The translations under genes were made by a program, and so were the position numbers. The notes beneath the pieces were generated by a model. The model was not told the DNA's origin. It ran no database searches and worked only from the letters and a program-made list of their open reading frames with translations. A DNA stretch of 63,653 nucleotides, the filler included, from Octopus bimaculoides (taxonomy: Eukaryota), in assembly GCF_001194135.2 (NCBI RefSeq). It is 9 parts of 9 records of this genome, joined end to end, with 100 filler letters (N's around TTAATTAATTAA, not from the genome) between each part and the next. Parts side by side here need not be neighbours in the genome. Positions count along the whole stretch, not along the records: positions 49,753 to 53,694 come from NC_068983.1; positions 53,795 to 60,145 come from NW_026369128.1; positions 60,246 to 63,653 come from NC_068984.1; 6 more parts are not named here. One strand, given 5' to 3'. Below, one piece after another: positions 52,121 through 63,597 of this stretch. Positions within the stretch are counted from its first letter, which is position 1; every line of letters starts with the position of its first letter.

Positions 52121-52906
52121 AGAAGGCAGATAAAAATATAAATACGGTAATGGATGTACGAAAAGAAATGTGTTGTAGTTATAAAAAGCAACGTACTGCA
52201 GCTGTAATAAGTAATGTTTTATGGTTCAAAGTCTTATTACAAAGCATTTCCCAAATAAAATCTAGACTTTCATGATCGGCGACATTGCAAAATATAAAAT
52301 TATTGCACGTGGTGTATCACGTGCAGAAATGAAATGAGAATATGAATTGTGAATAATCATAAAATGTGAAATAGCTTTGATAAAACAAGAGAGTAGGAAG
52401 TCGCTTTAATTTTCTTCATATTAAAAAAAATGTTATAAGTTAAATGCAATAGCTAATATTCCCTTCTCTCCCATCACACTTTTTCTATATATATACCGTA
52501 ACCAACACAGCTACATATCAGTTTGTTAAGCTAAATTATTCTTGAAGTGTGGAGAAACAGATAACGGTAAGTGATTTATTTGTGTTATGCCATCTCGGAG
52601 CAGCAGTATTACTGAAAGTTTAACTTATTAACTCCATATATGTCTTAAAACCGTTAAGTTATTAGGAAATAGTTGCGCCGTTTGAAAATAAGTTAGAGAT
52701 CCGCTTAGAAAGCTTTGTTTATCCAACTCAATTCTTTGATTTTTCAGGCTTCAAGTTATCCCCAGGTAATCCTTGGTTACTTTTTACACTAAGATCGATA
52801 AAATAAATACCTGTAATATACTGCGTTAGATCAAATTTTCTATGTCAATAGCTTTCTTTACACAATGAAAAATAATTACCAATTTGTTTACTTAAAAATA
52901 AGTTTG

Positions 52907-53690
52907 TACAGGTTGTATGGATAAAGTAAATACTACCAATAAATGCGTGAACATCACTCAGTTTTATTGCTTTCCGCTCTGAAACACACCACATAAAATA
53001 GTACTAACGATACCAAACAAAAATATGAGCGCTCTACCGAAAGTAATGCAAAAGAGTGCAAAATATTGTTATAAACTGACATAGGTTTCCAAATATCACA
53101 GTTGTATCCACTTCTTTACAGCCATAGTCACAACATCTGTGTCATCAAATTGTTGTCCTCGGAGACTGTCCTTCATCGAATGGAACAGATGGAAGTCGGA
53201 GGACGCCAGATCTGAGTCGTACAGTGGGTAGCGGTCATTGACCTGCCTAAATTGCTCATGGCCTGATTTGTTGTCAACGATGTTTCTGATGGCACCATTG
53301 CCTTGGCGAACGTGACTCGTTTTCAGACACTTTTTCGGGTTCTTCCACTTTATAAGTGTCACAGTGTACCGTTTGCTGTTCACGGTACAGACACGTTCTA
53401 GAAAATCAAAGAGTAGTATGTTCTTTTCATCCTGAAATATAGAGCACATGACTTTCTGAGCCGATCCCTTGCACTTAAACTACTTAAGCCATAGAGAAGA
53501 GGTGTTGTTCCATTCTATGGGCTGCATCTCCGTTTTCGACTCATTTATCCATTGTCAAGAGATCGGCTAAAGAATGTGTCTTCATTGGATTCAAACGCTT
53601 CCACCAGATCACGGCAGAATTCTACCATTTTCTTATTCAAACCGGGTACCAACTACCGAGATACCCATTTTGCACAGACTTTCCGATATA
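52907..53690 (-). mobile_element. Decayed mariner (Tc1/mariner) transposase, C-terminal two-thirds plus probable terminus
   Basis: Minus frames: YRKVCAKWVSR* (WVPR motif), FLADLLTMD (cf. IVTGDE), AQKVMCSIFQDEKNILLFDFLE (cf. GKVM.SVFWD..GILL.DFL) and YDSDLASSDFHLFHSMKDSLRGQQF (cf. YSPDLAPSDFHLF..LK..LRG.RF). Stops and frameshifts present. tacaggttg at 52907 may be the terminus. Confidence 0.88.
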
Positions 53691-53794
53691 TATANNNNNN
53701 NNNNNNNNNNNNNNNNNNNNNNNNNNNNNNNNNNNNNNTTAATTAATTAANNNNNNNNNNNNNNNNNNNNNNNNNNNNNNNNNNNNNNNNNNNN

Positions 53795-54300
53795 CTAATT
53801 GTGAAGAATTGTACGTTGGCCAGACAGGTAATGCACTATCAGAATGCTCACGTGTGCATCAACAACAGATTAAAAACCCAGATGTCCGCCAAATACCACT
53901 GAGTAATCATCTGGCAACATGTGGTCGTGAAACTTTTATGATATTTCCATTCCATAAACTTTACAACCTGAATGAAATTGAGAGAAAACGGAGAGAAAAG
54001 GACTTTATTAAGAAATTGAAACCCAAGCTTAACAAACAATGATTAAATTAATCTTACTTGGGGTTTTTTAAATCTTATCCCTATAACTAAAACACAAAAA
54101 ATCTCTCAAATATCATCATTTCTAAAACTAAATTTGGCATCATTTCTAAAAATAACCAAACACCTACTGCTGCTGTCCAAAGGAATAGGCATAAAAGACA
54201 AAAGAACAGCCAGTCTGTTACAGTACATCTGTCAGATGGGGCCTTGACAAATGCTATGAGGCATGAAAGTATACTAGCCTTTATATATTTAATACTCTAT
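53795..54300 (+). mobile_element. Penelope-like element 3' end: GIY-YIG endonuclease C-terminus plus 3' region
   Basis: NCEELYVGQTGNALSECSRVHQQQIK...LSNHLATC...ERKRREKDFIKKLKPKLNKQ* (stop 54040-54042) has the YVGQT...R..H...I and terminal E..FI.KLKP.LN pattern of PLE GIY-YIG domains. A degenerate hammerhead follows at 54238-54281. Confidence 0.85.
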
Positions 54301-54611
54301 ATTTAATACTCAATATTTCATATATTCAATACTTCATTTCATTTTACTATTTTTTATTATATATTCCATATTCTATGTCCCACATTAATTTTATAAGAAT
54401 ATAAATAAAACATAAAAAACAGACAGAGTTGGAACTCTTTTAAATAATATATTCCTCTATACACGATCATACAAAATCCTTTTTATATTTTTCTTATTTT
54501 TATTTTTATTCACATATATATATATATCTATATATATATACATACATATATATATACATATATATATCTATATCTATATATATATATATACATACACATA
54601 TAATATACATA

Positions 54612-54670
<59 letters not shown>

Positions 54671-55086
54671 NNNNNNNNNNNNNNNNNNNNNNNNNNNNNN
54701 NNNNNNNNNNNNNNNNNNNNNNNNNNNNNNNNNNNNNNNNNNNNNNNNNNNNNNNNNNNNNNNNNNNNNNNNNNNNNNNNNNNNNNNNNNNNNNNNNNNN
54801 NNNNNNNNNNNNNNNNNNNNNNNNNNNNNNNNNNNNNNNNNNNNNNNNNNNNNNNNNNNNNNNNNNNNNNNNNNNNNNNNNNNNNNNNNNNNNNNNNNNN
54901 NNNNNNNNNNNNNNNNNNNNNNNNNNNNNNNNNNNNNNNNNNNNNNNNNNNNNNNNNNNNNNNNNNNNNNNNNNNNNNNNNNNNNNNNNNNNNNNNNNNN
55001 NNNNNNNNNNNNNNNNNNNNNNNNNNNNNNNNNNNNNNNNNNNNNNNNNNNNNNNNNNNNNNNNNNNNNNNNNNNNNNNNNNNNNN

Positions 55087-55372
55087 CAAAGGTCTCAGTC
55101 AGTAGTCATCGCCTCGGTGAGGCCCAATGTACGAAGGTCTTGCCTCACCACCTCAGCCCAGGTCTTCCTGGGCCTACCTCTTCCACGGGTTCCCTCAACT
55201 GTTAGGGTGTGGCACTTTTTCACGCAGCTATCCTCATCCATTCTCACCACATGTCCATACCAGCGCAATCGTCTCTCTTGCACACCACAACTGATGCTTC
55301 TAATGTTCAGCTTTTCTCTCAAGATACTTACACTCTGACGGGTATTCACATTGACATTACACATCCAACGGA
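55087..55372 (-). mobile_element. RTE-clade LINE C-terminal fragment
   Basis: LREKLNIRSISCGVQERRLRWYGHVVRMDEDSCVKKCHTLTVEGTRGRGRPRKTWAEVVRQDL (RLRWYGHV.R and GRGRPRKTW motifs). Confidence 0.92.
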
Positions 55373-55409
55373 TATATATATATATATATATACATATATG
55401 TATATACTG

Positions 55410-56889
55410 TCTCTCTAAAATATGCGACAGAAAATCCCCCTCGTGTTTTGGGCCTAATCCCTCTCTGCTTCTATTACTACCATTTCTCTTAAACTATGCG
55501 ACAGAAATCCCTAAAGAGTATCTCTCTCTATCTCCCTCTGCTTTACTCTGTCTCTCCCAATCCCACTCTCTCTCTTCTTCTCCCTCTTTCGATTACCTCT
55601 TGCTCGCCAGGACTATAAACTACTGCACGCACCCTGATTCCGTCACTTGTTCCTAGAAACTCTGCCGAATAAACACGAACCCAGAATCATGACCAGATAA
55701 GTTTTCTGACTTGTCGACCTTCCTATTTTTGCGCTGATTCATAACACCTTAGTGCTCACTATTCTGTCCGTCTCATTACAATGTTATCAAATTCATTTCA
55801 GTTGTCCATTACGATGTTGTCAAATTCATTCAGTTACTCAAGTTATTCAATTTCAATTTTAATTTTATCGCACAGTCACTTATCTCTATAATTCTGTTCA
55901 ATTTTAATTTTTATCACACAGAAATCCCTAAAGAATATCTCTCTCTATCTCCCTCGTGTTATGGCCTAACCCTAACCCTCTGCTTTACTCCATCTCTCTC
56001 AATCCCACTCTCCCTCTCTCTCTTCTTCTCCCCCTTTCGATTACGTCTTGCTCCCCGATTCCATGGCTCGACCTAAATACCTTTGCAGCACTATGCCAGT
56101 GGTGCAACCTCCACCAGTACCGAAAGTTCCTATACTCTCCACCAGTACCGTAAGTCCCTGGCTGTCTCCCATGAACACTTCTAAAGGCTTCACGCCACCC
56201 CACACCCCCACTTAGGGTTTATCTCCTATGTAAGGTAGCGATCATATGGTGCAAAATATTAGTGTAGTGGATGCAGGTTGAAATGAATGCTACTGATTGT
56301 TTATGAATTCTGCAAAATGTGAGCTCTCTTTTCAGATACATGACACTGCCGTTCCCCACCCCAGGGTCTCACGGGCCCATACCTCCCACACCCTCAGGGT
56401 TGGCACTCTCAATGCCGGCACACTGAAAGGTAGGTCTGGTGAGATTGTTGAGATGCTTGAATGGAGATGTATCGATATCTGCTGCCTCCAAGAAATAAGG
56501 TAGAGAGGAGGTTCCTCACAGGCAAAGAACACAGGTACAAGATTTTCTGGGCAGGGAACACAGACGGGGTCGAGGGCGTGGGTATACTTCTTGCAAAGAA
56601 ATGGGTGGATAAGGTAATCGAGTTAGCTAGAGTATGCAATAGAATACTTAAGATTAGATTAGTCCTTCACCATGGGTTAGCAACCATTATCTCGGCCTAT
56701 GCCCCTCAGCCCGGGCTACCTGACGGACAGAAAGACCAATTTTATGACACCCTCCTGCAGATTACCTCGTCGACATATGACAGAGACCTTCTTCTTGTGG
56801 CTGGTGACTTCAATGGTCCTGTTGGATAACATGCAAGGGGCTTCCATGGCGTACATGGAGGCTATGGTTTTGGTTCCCGCAATGAGGAG
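55410..56889 (+). mobile_element. RTE-clade LINE 5' region and AP endonuclease (frameshifted), running into a gap
   Basis: LRVGTLNAGTLKGRSGEIVEMLEWRCIDICCLQEIR*, then YKIFWAG...GVGILL...IISAYAPQ...LLVAGDFNGPVG: the APE motifs TxNV, LQE, YAP and GDFN. The upstream 55410-56340 segment is assigned as 5' UTR by inference. Confidence 0.88.
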
Positions 56890-57851
56890 NNNNNNNNNNN
56901 NNNNNNNNNNNNNNNNNNNNNNNNNNNNNNNNNNNNNNNNNNNNNNNNNNNNNNNNNNNNNNNNNNNNNNNNNNNNNNNNNNNNNNNNNNNNNNNNNNNN
57001 NNNNNNNNNNNNNNNNNNNNNNNNNNNNNNNNNNNNNNNNNNNNNNNNNNNNNNNNNNNNNNNNNNNNNNNNNNNNNNNNNNNNNNNNNNNNNNNNNNNN
57101 NNNNNNNNNNNNNNNNNNNNNNNNNNNNNNNNNNNNNNNNNNNNNNNNNNNNNNNNNNNNNNNNNNNNNNNNNNNNNNNNNNNNNNNNNNNNNNNNNNNN
57201 NNNNNNNNNNNNNNNNNNNNNNNNNNNNNNNNNNNNNNNNNNNNNNNNNNNNNNNNNNNNNNNNNNNNNNNNNNNNNNNNNNNNNNNNNNNNNNNNNNNN
57301 NNNNNNNNNNNNNNNNNNNNNNNNNNNNNNNNNNNNNNNNNNNNNNNNNNNNNNNNNNNNNNNNNNNNNNNNNNNNNNNNNNNNNNNNNNNNNNNNNNNN
57401 NNNNNNNNNNNNNNNNNNNNNNNNNNNNNNNNNNNNNNNNNNNNNNNNNNNNNNNNNNNNNNNNNNNNNNNNNNNNNNNNNNNNNNNNNNNNNNNNNNNN
57501 NNNNNNNNNNNNNNNNNNNNNNNNNNNNNNNNNNNNNNNNNNNNNNNNNNNNNNNNNNNNNNNNNNNNNNNNNNNNNNNNNNNNNNNNNNNNNNNNNNNN
57601 NNNNNNNNNNNNNNNNNNNNNNNNNNNNNNNNNNNNNNNNNNNNNNNNNNNNNNNNNNNNNNNNNNNNNNNNNNNNNNNNNNNNNNNNNNNNNNNNNNNN
57701 NNNNNNNNNNNNNNNNNNNNNNNNNNNNNNNNNNNNNNNNNNNNNNNNNNNNNNNNNNNNNNNNNNNNNNNNNNNNNNNNNNNNNNNNNNNNNNNNNNNN
57801 NNNNNNNNNNNNNNNNNNNNNNNNNNNNNNNNNNNNNNNNNNNNNNNNNNN

Positions 57852-58370
57852 AGCACCAAACAGTTTTAACAGAGCGTCCATATCTCTCTGATGTTGTTGC
57901 ATTTGCTTGTCCATTTGTTCCCTAAACAATTTAATAAGTTCTACTGTCTGTTTTTCAGCCATTGTTATTACGATGAATAATTTTACGGTAAAGTAAGCAT
58001 GTATCCTATCGGCCCTATCGATCCTATCGGCGACGCCAATAAACTCTGTTGTATTTCCCTCGGAAGACTCGTAGAGATAACACAACGAGTTGTACAATTT
58101 AATTATTACATTTATTATTCAATTACATACAAAGAACGCACTCACCCAATGTTCGTTATGAATAAACAAAAGTCACGTCCGCCATATATATATATCAATG
58201 ACCTTTTACTACGACAGTCACACAAGACAACAATAATGAAACAATGAACTCAGACGAACCACAGTGACACACGGAACGTCAGACGAATTACATATCTAAC
58301 AGTCCATATAACACACACATATATATCCTACACACATTCATACATACTCACACAAATATGCCCCCTCACA
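57852..58370 (-). mobile_element. Gypsy-type LTR retrotransposon 5' end: LTR (58370-58047), PBS (58038-58021) and gag start (ATG 57962)
   Basis: Minus strand: a TGT...ACA-bounded ~324-bp segment, then TGGCGTCGCCGATAGGAT (complement ATCCTATCGGCGACGCCA resembles a tRNA 3' end with T-loop ATCC and CCA). The reading frame MAEKQTVELIKLFREQMDKQMQQHQRDMDALLKLFGA follows and enters the gap. Confidence 0.7.
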
Positions 58371-60246
58371 CTTGTCTATATGTATATTTACAGATACAGA
58401 TATACATATACGTACACATGCTCATACCTACATAAACCTTTCTACACACACACACATATATTCATGTATATGTGCGACACTCACACACAGGCACTCATAC
58501 ATACGCAAATCTATACACACATACACAAGCTTGTGTTCCCTTTTAGATTTACGCATTTCCACTTCCCTGCCCATTACTCTAACCTGTTAGCATTTGTTGG
58601 TACATTTTACTTATACGCAGCTGCATTGTAAGGTTATACCTATGAATATACTAAATCATTCATATCTACACACCTATATAAAGATGTGGGAAAAACATAT
58701 AGAAAAAATGTTTTTATCTCCTTGGTTAATAAGTCCATTACGTTTTTTGAAAAGTTATACTCTATCTAATTAGGGATCTTTTCCATTTGGCTACCAGTTT
58801 CAATTTCTGTTCAAATTGACTTCATATTCAGTGTAATGATATACTTTTATAGGCTAATCAATACTATGAAAATCATTTTCGCTATAAGTCAATAAATAAA
58901 GAGTTATTAGCAATTAAAGTTTGAAGATTCAGCCACAGACATATTCATGCCTACATGAGAGCTCTTTTGTCTGCAAGAAAGCACGTGTTGGCAAAAAATA
59001 TTGAAACCACTTATTGATGCTGTGTCCTACTGTTTTACCCACTGAAATGCATATTGAATGCTTAAATGATTGGGGTTTTTCTTTTAATATTTAATTTGTA
59101 ATGTGCTATATATCACATTAAATGCTTAAAACTACAAAAGATGTGTTGTTTACTCATTTTCCGCATGTAGAATACAAATATTGACGTGCTGTTTTCAGGA
59201 TGCTGATAAAATGTGCTGTCACACACAAAATGATGGCTTCCAAATCCAGTTTCCTGACTGGGTGAAAATTATCAAACCTTAAACCTCTATAACTAGCCAA
59301 ATGGAAAAGATCTCTAGTTAACTATTATTGCATTTTTAGGAAAGTTGGTTATACATCATTAGATGTATACCTGACTTTCCTATATAAAATTAATGAATAT
59401 AACGGAACGCTGAACTCCGGACTATTAACTTAAACAACACTTTATTTAGGTGGTAAATATATATACATCTTTAGCTCTTGTTGTTACAGCTTCTGTTGTG
59501 TGTGAGCATAGTTGTTGGGATGTGGGTATGTAGTTGCAAGCGAACTGTCGAGTGTAAGTCCGAAAGATGTAGAGAGACAGCTTAACACGTCCATGCTCAG
59601 GTCGGCCGACCGTAAAAGAGGTAGAATTAAGCGGGAACGCTTGGCTGTTTAATTCCACGCATGCGTGAGACTACGCATGCGCATGGTGTTACTACAGGGC
59701 TCCCTCGCAGGTGCGAGAAACGCACGATAAATGAAATCTGTTAGAACACCTGAGGCAGGATGGCCACTGAAAACCACCCACAAGGTGTAGCACAAAACAC
59801 ACACAAAGAAAAATGAAAGAAATTAAATGTACACTCGTGTGATACATGCATGCAATATACAAATGAAATGACAATGACAAAACAACCGTGATGACAACTG
59901 TCCAGGAAACTGGAATCACGCGATGTAAAAGTCTGATTGTTTGTTTTCCCTGAAAGGAAAGTAAATGTATGAGTGCACAAGTGTGTGTGTGAGAAAAAAC
60001 ACAGAACAAGTGAAAGTGTCTGTAGTATAGACTGCGAAAAGTCCCAAAACACCGAGATAGAGAAAACCAGTTCGTATTAAAATTCCACAAGGAGAATATG
60101 GTCTGTTGATTGTGAGTGGAAAACATCCACTCTAACAGAGTCGTCNNNNNNNNNNNNNNNNNNNNNNNNNNNNNNNNNNNNNNNNNNNNTTAATTAATTA
60201 ANNNNNNNNNNNNNNNNNNNNNNNNNNNNNNNNNNNNNNNNNNNNT

Positions 60247-60508
60247 TCATCAATGTATATATATATATATAAAAACAAATAGTAAATGAGTATATGCATA
60301 TATACGTACAGGTATGTGCATACCGACATCCACCTGTATGTATAGGTGCATATCTGGGTACAGGACATTGCAAACAAAACAGAGACGAGAAAACACACAA
60401 GCCACATAGAGAACATTCTACTTCATCAGCTACCTCCGTTTTAACACCGGCGTTTCGAAGTGCTAGGCAGGACGCATCGTTAAAACAGCTCTTCCCATAG
60501 ACCGCAAA
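60247..60508. mobile_element. Dispersed repeat, copy 2 (see 16508-16850)
   Basis: Same orientation as and high similarity to 16520-16830. Confidence 0.75.
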
Positions 60509-60509
60509 T

Positions 60510-60544
<35 letters not shown>

Positions 60545-61109
60545 GTATGTGTGTGTGTGTGTGTGTGTATGATGTATGTATGTATGTGTTTATTTATTTA
60601 TATTGGTTAACAAATAACACTGGTCAATACATTTTTGGCTACATTGGTATCAACATTTGGTATTACCTAATTTGAGTGCACAGATTTCAGATCCGAAGTT
60701 GGTAATTTTCTTAATGCTCTAATATTTTTACAATCAGGGTATTTCAAGATCTCAAAATTTTGTCTTCATCACATTGACATCATAGTCTCTCGGGAGAAAT
60801 ATGATTAAACTCTTTTTAAATTAGGTAGGTAATAAAAAAGAAAATACAATATAGTATAAATTTATTCAAAAATACACGTTCAAGAACAAAAAGACAAAAT
60901 CAGCAACTCCATTCAGATTTGAATGGAGTGAAATTTTCATTCAGCGTGCTACGGTTCCAATTTTTCTATTGGTTTTTTTTTTTATTAAGCTGATGATTAC
61001 AGATTGAGAAAGGGAAAATGTGACATTTTGTCGCGCGTAAGACATTCTTTAGGGCATCACTAGCAGAGATACCCGGCGTTCCTCAGGATTAAAATGGCAT
61101 GGTTTTATT

Positions 61110-61310
61110 GTTTTATTTGTTTCAGTCATTTGACTGCGGCCATGCTGGAGCACCGCCTTTAATCGAACAAATCGATCCCAGGAATTATTCTTTGTAAGCG
61201 TAGTTCTTATTTTATCGGTCTCTTTTGCCGAACCGCTAAGTTATGGGTTGTCAAGTGATGGTGGAGGTACAAACACAAACACACAGACACACAAACACTC
61301 ACAAATATAC
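61110..61310 (-). mobile_element. SINE family S1 3' part, nested
   Basis: tttgtttcagtcatttgactgcggccatgctggagcaccgcc...gtctcttttgccgaaccgctaag. Confidence 0.85.
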
Positions 61311-61334
61311 ATATAATGTTTTGTGCATGCATTA

Positions 61335-61500
61335 ATGACTGATGCATCTGCACACATCTTCAGTGATGTGCTTGGTGTCATCAGGTGTTTCGGGTCTTTC
61401 AACAACATACACCCTCTTCCAGGTGACCCAGCTGGGGCTGCTCAGACTTCAGCTTGTGTCTAGATGGTCAGCTAGCTACCCCATTACTCTCCTCTGTTGA
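61335..61500 (-). mobile_element. Probable 3' UTR of a second HERO-like non-LTR element
   Basis: Minus strand gggtcacctggaagagggtgtatgttgttgaaagacccgaaacacctgatgacaccaagcacatcactgaagatgtg resembles, from my recollection, the 3' UTR of HERO elements. Not verified. Confidence 0.45.
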
Positions 61501-62030
61501 TATATNNNNNNNNNNNNNNNNNNNNNNNNNNNNNNNNNNNNNNNNNNNNNNNNNNNNNNNNNNNNNNNNNNNNNNNNNNNNNNNNNNNNNNNNNNNNNNN
61601 NNNNNNNNNNNNNNNNNNNNNNNNNNNNNNNNNNNNNNNNNNNNNNNNNNNNNNNNNNNNNNNNNNNNNNNNNNNNNNNNNNNNNNNNNNNNNNNNNNNN
61701 NNNNNNNNNNNNNNNNNNNNNNNNNNNNNNNNNNNNNNNNNNNNNNNNNNNNNNNNNNNNNNNNNNNNNNNNNNNNNNNNNNNNNNNNNNNNNNNNNNNN
61801 NNNNNNNNNNNNNNNNNNNNNNNNNNNNNNNNNNNNNNNNNNNNNNNNNNNNNNNNNNNNNNNNNNNNNNNNNNNNNNNNNNNNNNNNNNNNNNNNNNNN
61901 NNNNNNNNNNNNNNNNNNNNNNNNNNNNNNNNNNNNNNNNNNNNNNNNNNNNNNNNNNNNNNNNNNNNNNNNNNNNNNNNNNNNNNNNNNNNNNNNNNNN
62001 NNNNNNNNNNNNNNNNNNNNNNNNNNNNNN

Positions 62031-62085
<55 letters not shown>

Positions 62086-63224
62086 ATGTGTGTGTGTGTG
62101 TGTGTGTCCCAATATCGCTTGACTTAATGTCATTAAGGAAAATGGTGGTGAAAAGGGAGCATTATGATTGTCGGCGATAATGAGTGGGGGAGTAAACACC
62201 AAGGACATGGTAAAAGCAATCATTCACACAAAATAAAAGACATAGGTGGGATGGTATCATGGCCATAGGTGATCATAGGGGGTAGTTTAAGTAAACACTA
62301 ATGTACACAGATCAATAAAGGGGGATGCACATTAATAGTGTTCAAGCCCACATGTCAAATGCCATGCTCGCAGTTCACCCCATGTTATCACACTTTGGGT
62401 AATTAAAGAAAGTTTGTGCTGAAGTGGAGTGGTGGGGCATCATGACCATAGACGATAATCGGAGGTATTTTAAGTAAACACTAATGTATACAGATCAAAT
62501 CATCGCGGTAAAACTGCCCCACAATCTTTGGTGCATGAGTAAACGTCAGAAGTTGTTAGCAAAAAGCCAATGTTAATCCAGTAAATTGCAAATTTAATGC
62601 AAAAAACTTGTCAAAACATTAGTTTAAAACAGTTAATTGAGCATGGGTAATATTCATACCAAATTTGGAGCAAATCAGTTTTGGAACTGCGGAAAACCGA
62701 ATTTTACGCAGTTATTCGCAGACTTTTTCCATTCAACAAAAATTGACTTGACAAAAACATAGATTTAAAAGAATTCTTAAAGCATGAGTGAAGTTTGTGC
62801 CAAATTTGGAGCGAATCGGTTGGAAACTGCGGAAGTTATTGGCAAAAAACCGATTTTTACGCAGTTATTTGCGGATTGTCCACAATTAACATGGTTGACC
62901 TTGACAAAACTTTTAAGCAAAACAATTCTTATGTCATGAGTAATGTTCGTGTCAAATTTGGAGGTAATCGCTCAAAAAAAAAAAAAAACAAGAAGTTATG
63001 GGCAAAAAACTGAATTACTTAACAGTTATAACAGTTATTCGCGGTTTTTGGTTACACGCAGGGGGTCTGGAAAATATAAAGTGGGTCATGACCACCCTTG
63101 GAGAATAAGCTATCACTGTGTAAAGTTTGAGCGAAAACGGTTGAAAAATGTGGAAATGCATAGCAACCATACACACACACACACGCACAGACACACACGC
63201 ACAGACACGCGCGCACACACACAT

Positions 63225-63261
<37 letters not shown>

Positions 63262-63539
63262 TTCTGTTATATATATATATATATAGATTAATGAGGTGGG
63301 TTTAAATAAGAATTGCAAAAGACTCGAAAACACAGTTTGCTGGTAATGTACTGCTTGGTGTAGGGCACAAAATAACTTTTATCAACAACAATATTATTAA
63401 TGACAACGATGAGAACGACAACAACAACAATGATGACGACAGTGATGGTTATAATGACGATGATGACGATGATGATAATGATGATTTCTTTTCTTTGCTT
63501 CAGTGGTGTCTGGTGAGGATGGGGTTTGCATCACAAGAG

Positions 63540-63597
63540 ATGATAACAACAACAACAACAACAACAACAACAATAATAATAATAATAATAATAATAA

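Larger units (their letters stand above)
61059..63288 (+). mobile_element. Non-autonomous Helentron/HINE-like element with nested insertions
   Basis: Starts actagcagagatacccggcgttcctcagga (sub-terminal hairpin-like). Carries repeated aaatttggagc.aatc blocks, then ...gtaaagtttgagcgaaaacggttgaaaaatgtgg-(CA)n-cttctgttatatatatatagat, the terminal organisation known for DINE-1/HINE-like elements. That both ends belong to one element is inferred across a gap. Confidence 0.55.

Noticed and set aside
55968-55980. cctaaccctaaccc telomere-like repeat
   Set aside because: Only about two units inside a LINE leader; not an interstitial telomere array.
16452-60201. TTAATTAATTAA 12-mers recurring eight times (could be mistaken for a repeat array or motif)
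   Set aside because: Each is embedded in N runs forming ~100-bp blocks with stops in six frames: an assembly join marker, not biology.
60415-60500. Minus-strand GAAAC...CUGAUGA order in the 16.7/60.4-kb repeat, suggesting a permuted (type II) hammerhead
   Set aside because: No hairpin can form between the cleavage site and CUGAUGA, stem II does not pair in either copy, and copy 1 lacks GAAA.
61372-61400. gaaacacctgatga in the HERO-like tail
   Set aside because: Only 2 nt separate GAAAC and CUGAUGA, leaving no room for stems III and I.
83-63333. Most ORF-track entries ([12 protein letters not shown], poly-T/V/I/H/D/M, and X-filled ORFs up to 506 aa)
   Set aside because: They are translations of di-, tri- or tetranucleotide repeats or of N gaps, which lack stops by construction.
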